Positions 42,300 through 54,321 of a stretch of DNA of 64,000 nt are shown in pieces. Both the position numbers and the translations under genes were made by a program. The notes under the pieces are model-generated. The model was given only the letters and a program-made list of their open reading frames with translations, was not told the DNA's origin and ran no database searches. Origin of the DNA: Octopus sinensis (lineage: Eukaryota). The DNA lies in NCBI RefSeq assembly GCF_006345805.1, contig NC_043002.1, forward strand, positions 37,014,001 through 37,078,000, in the 5' to 3' direction. Each line of letters starts with the position of its first letter. Within the stretch, counting starts at the first letter, position 1.

Positions 42300-42345
42300 G
42301 ACACCTGATGAAGGCTGGAGGGTATATCAGCTGAAACGTTGTGTT
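42300..42345 (+). ncRNA. Minimal type I hammerhead-like motif (right arm of fold-back element)
   Basis: GACAC CTGATGA A GGCTG GAGGGTATAT CAGCT GAAA C GTT GTGTT; stem III is the palindrome AACGTT; GUU triplet. Confidence 0.65.
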
Positions 42346-43074
42346 AACAACAAACAAGATGAGGACAAATATCTGTCAATTGTAAATAATGTAAATAATG
42401 TACATAATTCCTCATCTCTTAAATATAGAACAGAATTGAAGAAATATCTACTTTGCCCACAAACTCTGCCTCCACAAAACGCAGAGGTTAAAATTTCTGT
42501 ATATTAATCAAATTACTTATCGAACAATGAACCCCTAGAGGGAAACATACAGACTAACAACCTTTACACTTAACCACATCTTGTGAATATCAAAGCACAA
42601 GATAAACAAATTTCTATACAAACAATACCAAAACATGTCTGACTGATAATTCCAGCCTTCCAAAAACAAACAGAAAGTACCGTAAATCACAAAAGCAAAT
42701 AAAGGAACTGACCAGCTAAAAAGGGCCATCTTTTGTTGTGAACCCTAAAAAAATTCCATAACAAAAAAGTAAATACACCCAATTACTAAGTTTTTAAATA
42801 CTGGTCTAAAATTTGAAGCTTTGACATTTAATTTGCCAAAGCTAACGATTAAATTCTATTAAACCAAAAGTAATTAAAACTACTGGCACATCCTTTTTGT
42901 GAACCACTAAAACACAATCCCATGATCCGAAGGGGAGAAACCTAGATATACACAGCTGCTTACAACTTTCTACATACATGAATAAATTTTAAGCAATAAC
43001 ATAATCCCAAATTTAATCAGTAGAATTTCTCCAGAACACCTCTCCATCATAACTCACCCAACAACCTAATTACC

Positions 43075-43292
43075 TATTTCTTTACTACCCACAAGGGGCT
43101 AAACACAGAGGAGACAAACAAGGACAGACAAACGGATTAAGTCGATTACATCGACCCCAGTGCATAACTGATACTTATTTAATCGACCCCGAAAGGATGA
43201 AAGGCAGAATTTGAACTCGGAACATAGTGGCAGACGAAATACCGCTGAGCATTTCGTCTGGCGTGCTAACGTCTTTGCCAGCTCGCCGCCTT
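43075..43292 (-). mobile_element. SINE family B with 19-bp TSD
   Basis: ACCCAACAACCTAATTACC at 43056-43074 and 43293-43311. Confidence 0.92.
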
Positions 43293-43392
43293 ACCCAACA
43301 ACCTAATTACCACTCCACTCAAATCCATATATCCAAGGAAGATTTTAACTCAACAGAGACTACATAAAGCCAAGGTTATCTTCAAGGCACTC

Positions 43393-43435
43393 CAGTCTGA
43401 CGATGGCTTAGCTGGTCAAAACTTCGAAGTCACTG
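43393..43435 (+). ncRNA. Degenerate hammerhead motif at the 3' end of the PLE remnant (GAAA>AAAA)
   Basis: CAGT CTGACGA T GGC TTAGCTG GTC AAAA CTTCGAAG TC ACTG: perfect stem I, palindrome ACTTCGAAGT, GUC. Confidence 0.55.
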
Positions 43436-43577
43436 TCAACAATATTCTTGTTTAAGAATGATAAATTTGTACTCTACAACAGTATAGAGTAACCCATCAG
43501 GTTAATGTAAAATTGTTTTTATCATAACTGAACATAAAATCAAACAACATATGTATGTGAGTGCATGTGTGCACATG

Positions 43578-43610
<33 letters not shown>

Positions 43611-43923
43611 ATGTGTGCATGTGTGTGTGCGTGCATGTGTGTGTGTCTACACACATATTCTTATACCTGTGTTGACAGAAATTCTGCAGTCTTACTCCAT
43701 TAACAACAGGATTGTCTGCTTCAGTGTGCCAGCAAATTTAAAGGAAGTGTGAGGGAAAGTTTTAGCAAAAACAATGCCAGGGCAATGAGACATGAGATGA
43801 TGCATATATATATATTTATATCGATAGATAGATATGATGCATATATATATATATGTATGTGCACATATTTGTGTACACCTACGCACACACACATTGATTA
43901 AAGAGCTTCTAATGGTAAAAGGA

Positions 43924-44236
43924 TGCGGAGGCGCAATGGCCCAGTGGTTAGGGCAGCGGACTCATGGTCGGAGGATAGCGGTTTCGATTCCCAGACCAGG
44001 TGCTGTGTGTGTTTATTGAGCAAAAACACCAAAAAGCTCCACGAGGCTCCGGCAGGGAGTGGTGGCGACCCTTGTTGTACTCTTTCGCCACAACTTTCTC
44101 TCACTCTCTCTTCTTGTTTCTTGAGTAACACTGCGATGGACTGGCGTCTCGTCCAGCTGGAGGTGGGGGACACATACGCCACAGAAACTGGGAAACCGGG
44201 CCCATGAGCCTGGCTAAGCTTGAGAAGGGCGACGAG
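43924..44236 (+). mobile_element. SINE family D subfamily with 13-bp TSD, about 100 nt from the IIS1 exon donor
   Basis: AATGGTAAAAGGA at 43911-43923 and 44237-44249. Confidence 0.88.
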
Positions 44237-44337
44237 AATGGTAAAAGGAACAAAACACAGAAGTATGACAACAAAGGAAAATGGCATAAAGAATGGAAAA
44301 GCCAAACATTAAAAAATATCTACATCTAAAGATGTAC

Positions 44338-44459
44338 CTGGTTATGATATTCAATTCCCATGCTAAGAGTATTAATTAAGATGGCAAGTAGTATTCCTCG
44401 CTGGAATATTTTGCTTTCCACTGCCTTCTTCAAGTATCCTTGTGATTTTGTTAAAATTT
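44338..44459 (-). CDS. Cav3: Cav3 coding exon, domain II S1 (122 nt, phase 1-0): (E)[40 protein letters not shown]
   Basis: Absent from the ORF track; found by reverse-translating the expected motif. Acceptor tttttcag|AAATT, donor AACCAG|gtacat. The peptide matches the Cav3 pattern [29 protein letters not shown]. Confidence 0.95.
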
Positions 44460-44773
44460 CTGAAAAAGTAAAACAAAACAAAACAAATTATAGAATTAAA
44501 ATGACAATAGGAATCACAAATTTTAATCAGTCAGGTACTGTGAAATATTCATAATCTCCAAACACACATGCACACACACACACACACCACACACACACAC
44601 ACAAGTGTATGTGCATATATACACACAAAATTGAAATAAATTTGTAGAAATTTTGTTTGTTATCAATGTTAGCTCTTTTAACAACAAGAAATGGAACAGG
44701 ATTATTTCACTCACAGACAGATACAAAATAAAAAGCAAGAAAGTATGTATACATATAAAATAAAATGATGATG

Positions 44774-44813
<40 letters not shown>

Positions 44814-45191
44814 CAATAATAATGATGATGATGATGATGATAATAATAATGATGATGATGATGGTGGTGATGATGACGATGATGATAATTTTAATAATAA
44901 TACATAAAAATGTATGTTATTTTTACAAAAACCATTCACAGATGCACACACATGTGCACACCACACTCATAGAGTATCCTGATGTTACTTTCGCTTTCTT
45001 ACACAAATTTTTATGTTAATATGCTGTCATCTTTAACTCTTTTCTGTTGAATGTAGACATTTTTAGTCTATCAACTCATTTTGTATCTGCTTTCCATGCA
45101 GGCATGAAGTGGACAGGTCAGTCATTTCTTAATAGGAGTCACTAGTTCCTTAGACTGGTGCTCATTCATGTCATTTTGGTTAGTTTTTTAT

Positions 45192-45590
45192 GGCGTAGGA
45201 GTGGCTCTGTGGTAAGTAGCTTGCTTACCAACCACATGGTTCCGGGTTCAGTCCCACTGCATGGCACCTTGGGCAAGTGTCTTCTACTATAGTCTCAGGC
45301 CGACCAAAGCCTTGTGAGTGGATTTGGTAGACGGAAACTGAAAGAAGCCTGTCGTATATATGTATATATATGTGTGTATGTGTTTGTGTGTCTGTTTGTC
45401 CCCCCAACATCGCTTGACAACTGATCCTGGTGTGTTTACGTCCCCGTAATTTAGCAGTTCGGCAAAAGAGACCAATAGAATAAGTACTAGGCTTACAAAG
45501 AATAAGTCCTGGGTCGATTTGCTCGACTAAAGGCGGTGCTCCAGCATGGCCACAGTCAAATGACTGAAATAAGTAAAAGAGTAAAAGAGA
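45192..45590 (+). mobile_element. SINE family A, full length
   Basis: Closely similar to 21648-22025 and 48668-49082. Confidence 0.88.
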
Positions 45591-46012
45591 TGCCCTTCTT
45601 ATTCCCATCTATTTTGATGAGTGTATTGGATGCACTTCCCCTCATAGAACCAATACCAGTGAAATGGAATAGTCCTCAGCATGGCAGGACTAAAGAGACC
45701 TCACAAACATGCTTTCTGTGCTCACTTGCGAATCACTTTACAGTGTGTATTGGGTGTGTATTTCACAGTAACTGTAGACTTATTCACCAACCACTGTGGA
45801 TGAAACGCAGTGGAAGGAGGGTGGGCATCATAGCACAAGCACAGAACTCTGGTGCCTTGTATATGGTAAATGTAGAAAGGAGTCAGTATCCTTAAACTCT
45901 TAGACTGAGGAGTGGAATAGGAGAGGGTGCAATGACAGCGAATATGCTAGAAATGGTTGGTTGAAAGTGAAAGGTGAGAATGAGAATATATATCAAAACA
46001 GTATTTAATAAT

Positions 46013-46248
46013 TTATTTCTTTATTGCCCACAAGGGGCTAAACATAGAGGGAACAAACAAGGACAGACAAACGGATTAAGTCGATTACATCGACCCCAGT
46101 GCATAACTGGTACTTAATTTATCGACCCCCGAAAGGATGAAAAGCAAAGCCGATCCCGGCGGAATTTGAACTCAGAACGTAATGGCAGACGAAATATCGC
46201 TAAGCATTTTGCCCGGCATGCTAACGATTCTGTCAGCTCTCCGCCTTT
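46013..46248 (-). mobile_element. SINE family B with 17-bp TSD
   Basis: AAACAGTATTTAATAAT at 45996-46012 and 46249-46265. Confidence 0.92.
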
Positions 46249-46592
46249 AAACAGTATTTAATAATGTTCATTTGCTCAGGTGATCAAAGAGGGGGATAAA
46301 AGAATGAGCAATGGCATCAACAGGACCAGAATGAGTGGGGAAAGGGAGCAAGAGTGTAATGGGACAAAGACAAGGTTATCTTGGATAGAGTCAGGATGAG
46401 AGTGGTTGGTAATGGTAGTGGTGGACATATATGAGCAGATGGGTGAAAGGATCAAGAATATGATGGAGAGAGATGGGTTATTTGGGGTGGTAATGAATGT
46501 TAGACAAAGGTATGAGTGGATGATAAGATGGGTGGCAATAGAGGTGGTCAAAAGGAGAGACTTGTGGATGGCAGTTATGTCAGGCAAAGTCA

Positions 46593-46825
46593 AAGGCGGC
46601 GAGCTGGCAGAAACGTTAGCATGCCGGGCGAAATGCTTAGCGGCATTTCATCTGCCATTACGTTCTGAGTTCAAATTCCACCGAGGTCGTCTTTGCCTTT
46701 CATCCTTTCAGGGTCGATAAATAAAGCACCATTTACACACTGGCGTTGATGTAATCGACTTAATCCCTTTGTCTGTCCTTGTTTGTACCCTCTATGTTTA
46801 GCCCCTTGTGGGCAATAACGAAAAA
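46593..46825 (+). mobile_element. SINE family B, inverted relative to 46013-46248
   Basis: Full-length family B sequence. Confidence 0.9.
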
Positions 46826-47932
46826 TATATGTCAGGTAGTCATGGTATATCAGGTAGTGGGATGACAGTGGACTGATATACTCTCTTACACATAAGCTCT
46901 GTAAGTCCAAAGGAACTAGAATGCTGAGGATGATGTTTGTTAGTGGAGAGATGGGACGTATAGTAGAGAAGAAGATAAAAATTAGTTACATTGCATGCAA
47001 GAGTTGAATACCATTTTAGTGTAAACCATTTGGATGTGTTAGCCATAATACCAAAGCAATGGCATAGCTGTGTGTGTGTGTGTGCGTGCATGCAGTCCAA
47101 AACTCAATAAATATATCAAATGATAGATAGATACCAGAAAGTAGATGGATGAAGGAACATTAGAAGGTGAGGAAGGAAAAGAAAAACAATATGTAAAATA
47201 TATAAAAAATATGTAGAATATACTTAGACTAGTTAAATAAGTAAAGGATAGAAAGTGAAAAAAAAACATTAAATGATAAATAAAGGACAGTGAATGAATT
47301 AAAAAGAATAAAAATGTTAAATAAATACAGGTCAGTAATGAGTCAAATATGGTAATGAACCAGGAAGGTATTCAATCTATTAATAAATGAACTAATTAAA
47401 CTGAATACTAAAAGAGTTTTATTTTCAAAAAGTGTTAACGAGTGAACTGAATTGCATGTGGAGATACATAAAGAGAGTTGGTTGTGTATAGGTGTGGTAG
47501 TTTGTTTAAGTTTATGTGAATGTGTGTTGGTTGTCAACATAACTTGTATTAAAAGCCTAATAAAACTGATTTAAATTTATGGCTTTTTCAAAAATGCATT
47601 ATGCATTAATTTAAAATATATATTAACACTTTATTATGCATTTTACCATTTTACCATTTATCTTTTACTTGTTTCAGTCATTAGACTGCAGCCATGCTGG
47701 GGCTCTGCTCTGAGAGTTTAGTTGAACTAATTACTCCCAGTACATATTTTAAAAAAAATTCTAGTACTTATTCTATCAGTCTGGAAACTTAAATATCACT
47801 ATAAGTGTTACATGTGTTTGCTTGTATGTATAAGCATGTATGTAAGCATGTGTTTTAAGGGCATAAGTTTTAAGCCATTCAGACATACCAGAATTCAACC
47901 ACCACCACCACCATCATCCTCATCCTCATCAT

Positions 47933-47965
<33 letters not shown>

Positions 47966-48068
47966 CCATAAATCATCATCATCATCATCATAAATCATCA
48001 TCATCATCATCATCATCACCATCATCATCATAAATCACCATCATCATCATCATCACCATCATCATCAT

Positions 48069-48143
<75 letters not shown>

Positions 48144-48667
48144 TCATCATCCCCATCATCATCATTTAGTGTCTGTTTTCCATGCTGGCATGGAGGTCAG
48201 ATGGTTTGACTGGAACTGGTAAGCTGGAGAGCTACACCAGGCTCCAGTCTGTTTCGGCTTGGATTCTATGGCTGCATGCCCTTTCTAATGCCATCTACTC
48301 CACAAAGTGTACAGGGTGCCTTTCATGTGTCACTGACACAAGTGCATTTAACATGTCACCAGTATGGATGCCTAAAAATTACTTTCATTATAGATTCAAC
48401 GACAAATGTAAATTACTAACTAAATTACTAATACCTTGCTTTAATGTACCATACTTTCTGCTTTTATGTATAAACTCCAGAAGTGGATCCTTCTCCTCTG
48501 GTTGACAGAAAATCTCAGTCAAAATGGATTTTATAATAAATTCTGCTCAACTCTCAGTATTGAGTCACACCATTTATGAAAGTTCTGTCACTATTTTTAA
48601 ACTTACATTAAAATAAATAGCCTCATTTTAACATTCATATATGAAATTCTATATGCATATATATATA

Positions 48668-49082
48668 GGCGTTGGAGTGGCTGTGTAAGTAGCTTGCTTA
48701 CCAGCCACATGGTTCCGGGTTCAGTCCCACTGCGTGGCACCTTGGGCAAGTGTCTTCTACTATAGTCTCAGGCTGACCAAAGTCTTGTGAGTGGATTTGG
48801 TAGATGGAAACTGAAAGAAGCTTGTCGTATACATGTGTATATATATGTATGTGTGTGTATATGTATGTGTGTCTGTGTTTGTCCCCCCCCCCTTCACCAA
48901 CATCGATTGACAACCAATGGTGGTGTGTTTATGTCCTTGTAACTTAGCAGTTCGGCAAAAGCGACCGATAGAATAAGTGCTAGGCTTCCAAAGAATAAGT
49001 CCTGGGGTTGATTTGCTTGATTAAAGGCGGTGCTCCAGCATGACCGCAGTCAAATGACTGAAACAAGTAAAAGAGTAAAAGA
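48668..49082 (+). mobile_element. SINE family A, full length
   Basis: Same family. Confidence 0.88.
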
Positions 49083-49122
49083 TATAAATATATATATATA
49101 CACACACACACCACACACACAC

Positions 49123-49156
<34 letters not shown>

Positions 49157-49402
49157 ATGTGTGTGTGAGGTGAGTGTGTGAATGTATCTGGTTATATGGA
49201 TCTTCTGCTCAAACCAAGTGAACAATATTTTCATTGGTTTTTCAAATGCGAGTACTATATGTCATTCACAACCTTGACAGATATAGATGCATACACATAT
49301 ACATACATACACATATAATCATATACTTACAGATATGTATATGTATATGTACTTATATACATATATATGTATATCTACTTCTGTGTGCATATATATGTGT
49401 GT

Positions 49403-49438
<36 letters not shown>

Positions 49439-50220
49439 GTAATATGTATTTGTGTTTGTGCATCTGTGTGTCAGTGTATGTATATATATATATATATATA
49501 TATATAGGAGGTTATACATTATGTCTTCCTTTGTGAGCATGCAAGTGGCAATAAAAACTAATGTGTAGCACACAAATGACATTGCACTGAGGCATGAAAT
49601 GTCAATTATGTCAGAAAACAGGTGCAGTTCAGCCATTTATTAATTGCATTCTGGAAGTGCCAGAAGCAATTATCTTTGAATTTCTTGATTCCTCTTCTGA
49701 TCAAACTCGTAGAAGTACATTAAATGCTCTTATAGGTTTTCAAAAAAATCAAAATTTACCGAAAATTTTATTTGTCTTTTGAATGTCCTTTATAAGTTGT
49801 TATTAATAAACCCCTTTTGATATATTTACTCTCTAATTCATCTCTATTTTATTCCTGTTTCTAATATTATCCATGTATATTTTGCTATCTTATAAATAAT
49901 TTTGGCATCAATTTAAAAAATATCAGGCAAAGTATTGCTGCTAATAGAGGCAACACCATCACAGAAGGCTCCACACTAGTGAGGCTACATGTCTATGAAC
50001 TGAAACTTGTTAAAAGATTAATTGCTAGTTTAACCCGTAGGTGCAGGCATTGCTGTGTGGTGAGGAGTTTGCTTTCCAACCACTTGGATTGGGGTTCAGT
50101 CTCACTGCATGGCATTTTGAGACAGTACCTTCTATTATAGCATGAGCCAACAAAAGACTTCTATATGGATTTGGTGGATGACAAGTGAAAGAAGCCTTAT
50201 ATACATAAACATACACAGAC

Positions 50221-50253
<33 letters not shown>

Positions 50254-50659
50254 TGTATGTATGTATGTATGTATGTACGTACGTACATATACTCTTTTAC
50301 TTGTTTCAGTCATTTGACTGTGGCCATGCTGGAGCACTGGCTTTAGTTGAGCAAATCAACCCCAGGACTTGTCGGCCTGAGATTATAATAGAAGACTTGC
50401 CCAAGGTGCCACACAGTGGGAATGAACCTGGAACCATGTGGTTGGTAAGCAAGCTATTTACCACACATCAACTCCTGTATGTATGTGCAGATTATTATGT
50501 TTATGTATGTATTCTCATGCACAGAGTTACATATCTAGGATATGCTCATATATAATTAAATGATAAACTTCTGGTAATTTTTACAGATTTTTAGTTAGTG
50601 ATGTATGTATGTATGTATGTATGTATGTATGATGTTATCAGGTCATTCCTTTTTGGTTA

Positions 50660-50830
50660 TTGTTTGTGTGTGATTCTGGGCAGTGCTATTTCTGTGTATT
50701 CTATTAATGCTGGTGTTTCTCAAGGCTCTATTCTTGGTCCACTTCTCTTTCTACTCTACACCAATGATCTTCCTGCCAATGTTCTTCAATTCATCAACGT
50801 TTATGCTGATAATTCTACTCTTTATTCTGG
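50660..50830 (+). mobile_element. CR1/L2-like LINE RT fragment
   Basis: GVSQGSILGPLLFLLYTNDLP...VYADNSTL (RT motifs with decayed YADD). Confidence 0.85.
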
Positions 50831-51654
50831 TGCCCTTCATTCTCAATCTTCAGTGAAATCATGTCTGGTCATGGGGAAATATTACATTACTTGGAAACAA
50901 GTAAGGATTGGCAACAGGAAGGACACCAGTGGAATTTGAACTCAGAATGTAAAGACAGATGAAACATTATACTTTTGGAGTGGTTGGCATTAGGAAGGGC
51001 ATCCAGTAGTAGAAACGATGCCAAAACAGACTGGGGTCTGGTGCAACCTTCCAGCTTGCCAGCCCTGGTCAAAGCGTCCAACCCATGCCAGCATGGACAA
51101 TGGTCGTTAAATTATGATGATGATGATGGCGATGATGATGATATGTATGTAAATTTCTGGGTAACACTTAGAAAAATCTCTGTTACAAACCATAACCTGA
51201 ATGTGGTCTGTTTGCGACATAAATTCTTATACAAGCCTGACTTCTGGCAACTTAACCTTACATATTTGCATGACTGGACTCAAACAATAACTTATAAGCA
51301 AATTAAATTCTTTCACATCCAATCAGTTAGCAGCTGCTCTCAAGTTTATTTAGCCAAACCAGAAGAATTGCCTCTACTATTACTTCCTTCTCAACCAAAC
51401 CTTATAAACATTTACTTTTTTCTTCTCCTATTCCTATAAAAAATTCTTCTACTGTTTCCTTAGAGATTTATATTACATCTAATTGTCATATACATAGCTC
51501 CACTACTGCCTAATAAGGACCCCAACTTCACCTTCCAAAAGCTATATATAAAGTTCGAAATCTTAGTGAGATTTAGTCAAAGCTTTAAAGCTACTGTTGA
51601 TCTTTTTGTAAAAATATGTGTACATATATTCATAGACATACACACACACATATA

Positions 51655-51876
51655 CTCTTTTACTCTTTTACTTGTATCAGTCATTTGACTGTGGCCATGC
51701 TGGAGCACCACCTTTAGTCGAGCAAATCGACCCCCAGGACTTATTCTTTGTAAGCCTAGTACTTATGCTATCAGTCTCTTTTGCAGAACCGCTAGGTTAC
51801 GGGGACATAAACACACCAGCATCGGTTGTCAAGCTATGTTAAGGGGGGGGGGACAAACACAGACACACAAACATAT

Positions 51877-51937
<61 letters not shown>

Positions 51938-52126
51938 TAGATAGATAGATAGATAGATATATACGACGGGGTTCTTTCAGTTTCCGTCTACCAAATCCAC
52001 TCACAAGGCCTTGGTCAGCCCGAAGCTATAGTAAAAGACACTTGCCTAAGGTGCCATGCAGTGGGACTGAACCAGGAACCATGTGGTTCGTAAGCAAGCT
52101 ACTTACCACACACCCACTCCCATGCC
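51655..52126 (-). mobile_element. SINE family A, full length, with expanded microsatellite
   Basis: Reverse complement of family A. Confidence 0.88.
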
Positions 52127-52498
52127 TATATATGTTCAGGTGTGTGTGTCTATATATATGTGTGTTTATGTGTGGCACATAAGCATCATTGTCATTATTT
52201 TAACATCCATTTTTCCTGTATGCATGGATCAGAGAGAATTAGTTAAGGTAAACTTTCTAAGGCAGGATGTACACCTTGTAACTAATATACACCTGTTTCT
52301 GAGCAAAGGAATATTTTTCCATGGCCAGACATATTTTTCACATAGCACTCCGCAGAACATTGGAAATGAATAACATCATTGTTATGGTGGTGACACATAA
52401 TGTCAAGACAAGTATATGCATGCGCATGTGTACAAACAAACACACACCCAGATACACTCACACACATACATGCATGCACACACACACACACATGCTGG

Positions 52499-52888
52499 TC
52501 ACTCAAAAGTAGCTGGAACTGAAGAAAGAGGGAGATCCAGAGAGACATGGGACGAAGTACTGAAGGATGACCGAAGAATGTTGAAGCTTCCAGACAAGAT
52601 GACAATGCTCTGAGATACCTGGCACCTTCCAGTACTCAAGAAAACCTGTCCTCCACAACGGAAGCGCTTAAGGTCACATCCCCTGGTGAAGAGGGTTGGC
52701 ATGCAGAAGTCCTGTGCTAGTGCCATGTATAAGAACCCAGCTTACACTGTGAAGTGCTTGGTATTAGGAAGGGCATCCATCCGTAGAAACCAGGCTAAAT
52801 CAGACTGGAACCTGGTGCAGCTCTCTGGCATGCTAGCTCTGGTCAAACCAGCCAACCCATGTCACCATGGATGTTGAAGGATGATGAA

Positions 52889-52919
<31 letters not shown>

Positions 52920-52920
52920 C
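52499..52920 (+). mobile_element. 5'-truncated RTE-clade LINE 3' end
   Basis: RGRSRETWDEVLKDD followed by the shared 3' region and (GAT)n tail. Confidence 0.8.
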
Positions 52921-53322
52921 ATTGGTTTGTCAAAAGGTATGTAAATTGAAGCAATATACATACATACATACATATATATATATATTTATTTATATATACG
53001 TGTGCATGTGTATGTACACATGCATATACATTCAAATTAATTTGTTAAATTAATGATTAGTTTCGGTTCCTTCTCTTTAAAAGTACTACAGAACTAGACC
53101 TGAAATAGTCATTAATTTAATATAAGAAAATATTTTCACTTTACTTTATATGTCTAGTACTTTTACTTTTGGCTGCAGTTCTTTACGTTGGAAACAGAAA
53201 TATAGCAATCACTCATATATATATACATACAAACCTATATATATATAAACGTATACTACAAATCTCTCTCTCCCTTTCTCTTTCACTCTCTCTATTACAT
53301 ATATACACGTATATCTACATAT

Positions 53323-53404
<82 letters not shown>

Positions 53405-53413
53405 AATATATAT

Positions 53414-54083
53414 ATATAACAATTTAGGAGTGACCTTAACAGGCCATTCATCCACCAGAAAGAGCAGCCATAACTCACACTGCCAAGTAGTAGTAATTCA
53501 GAAATTAGGTGAAAATTTAAAAACATTTACCCTAATTCATCTTTTAGACGATGCATCGTTTCTGTGTTATTAATGATTAAATTAGCTTAATTAAATTAAA
53601 TTAAGCTAATCTACCATAGGTCACACTTCATCAGTAAAAAACCTGGGAGAGACAAATATACACGAGGCGTCTGTATCGATGCCTTCCGGAATATCTCTCT
53701 TAAAATTTTCAAGACTGACGTATTCGCGCCAAACTTATCAGCAGTAAATATAAACTGCCGATTCAATCTCAGAATTATTCAGAAAATTATCAATTAGTCA
53801 ATTTAGGGTAGCAAAAAATTCAATAGAAATTTATCGCTACCAGCGGCCTAGTGGAAAAGAGAAAATAGTCAAAGACTAAATATATAAATATAACAATTTA
53901 GGAGTGACCTTAACAGGCCATTCGTCCACCAGAAAGTGCTCTTTCTGGTGGACGAATGGCCTGTTAAGGTCACTCCTAAATTGTTATATTTAATATTTAG
54001 TCTTTGACTATTTTCTCTTTTCCACTAGGCCGCTGGTAGCGATAAATTTCTATTGAATTTTTTGCTACCCTAAATTGACTAAT
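53414..54083 (-). mobile_element. Penelope-type terminal structure (direct repeat, hammerhead, inverted copy) inserted in (TA)n
   Basis: 53414-53462 repeats 53890-53936; 53793-53936 is inverted at 53941-54083; hammerhead at 53541-53639; (TA)n on both sides. Confidence 0.65.
53541..53639 (-). ncRNA. Type I hammerhead ribozyme candidate with canonical core, on the Cav3 pre-mRNA strand
   Basis: Minus strand reads TTTTA CTGATGA A GTGT...(12-bp hairpin ATTAGCTTAATT/AATTAAGCTAAT)...ACAC A GAAA CGATGCATCG TC TAAAA: stem I TTTTA/TAAAA, palindromic stem III, GUC triplet. Confidence 0.75.
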
Positions 54084-54097
54084 ATAAATATATATAT

Positions 54098-54140
<43 letters not shown>

Positions 54141-54187
54141 CTCTCTCTCTCCCTTTCAGTTTCACTCTCTATATATACATATATAGA

Positions 54188-54223
<36 letters not shown>

Positions 54224-54246
54224 CTATATATCTATATATCTATCTA

Positions 54247-54321
<75 letters not shown>

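Larger units (their letters stand above)
41837..42428. mobile_element. About 590-bp palindromic element: two divergent copies of a tRNA-headed, hammerhead-tailed unit, with 14-bp TSD
   Basis: Arms about 41839-42136 and 42139-42400 are reverse complements; AACAGAATTGAAGA occurs at 41823-41836 and 42429-42442. Confidence 0.8.
40560..43510 (+). mobile_element. Decayed Penelope-like retroelement (RT remnant about 40560-41400), interrupted by the 41837-42428 fold-back and a SINE, ending in a hammerhead-bearing terminus
   Basis: Translations DETSNLYQIS..., ITMKDHKP...VRLINP, WSNTYEVIDWF...FFQFDIRDYY match the PLE RT pattern (TLKDHK-RLINP-FDIxxFYPSI); stops and frameshifts. Extension beyond about 41400 is less certain. 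Confidence 0.75.
10593..44337 (-). other. Cav3 intron, 33,745 nt (GT-AG)
   Basis: Bounded by donor at 44337 and acceptor at 10593; HNQ|PEEL joins in frame. Confidence 0.88.

Noticed and set aside
49975-50015. CTAGTGA GGCT...AACT GAAA CTTG TT motif
   Set aside because: Core and stems are both imperfect; indistinguishable from chance.
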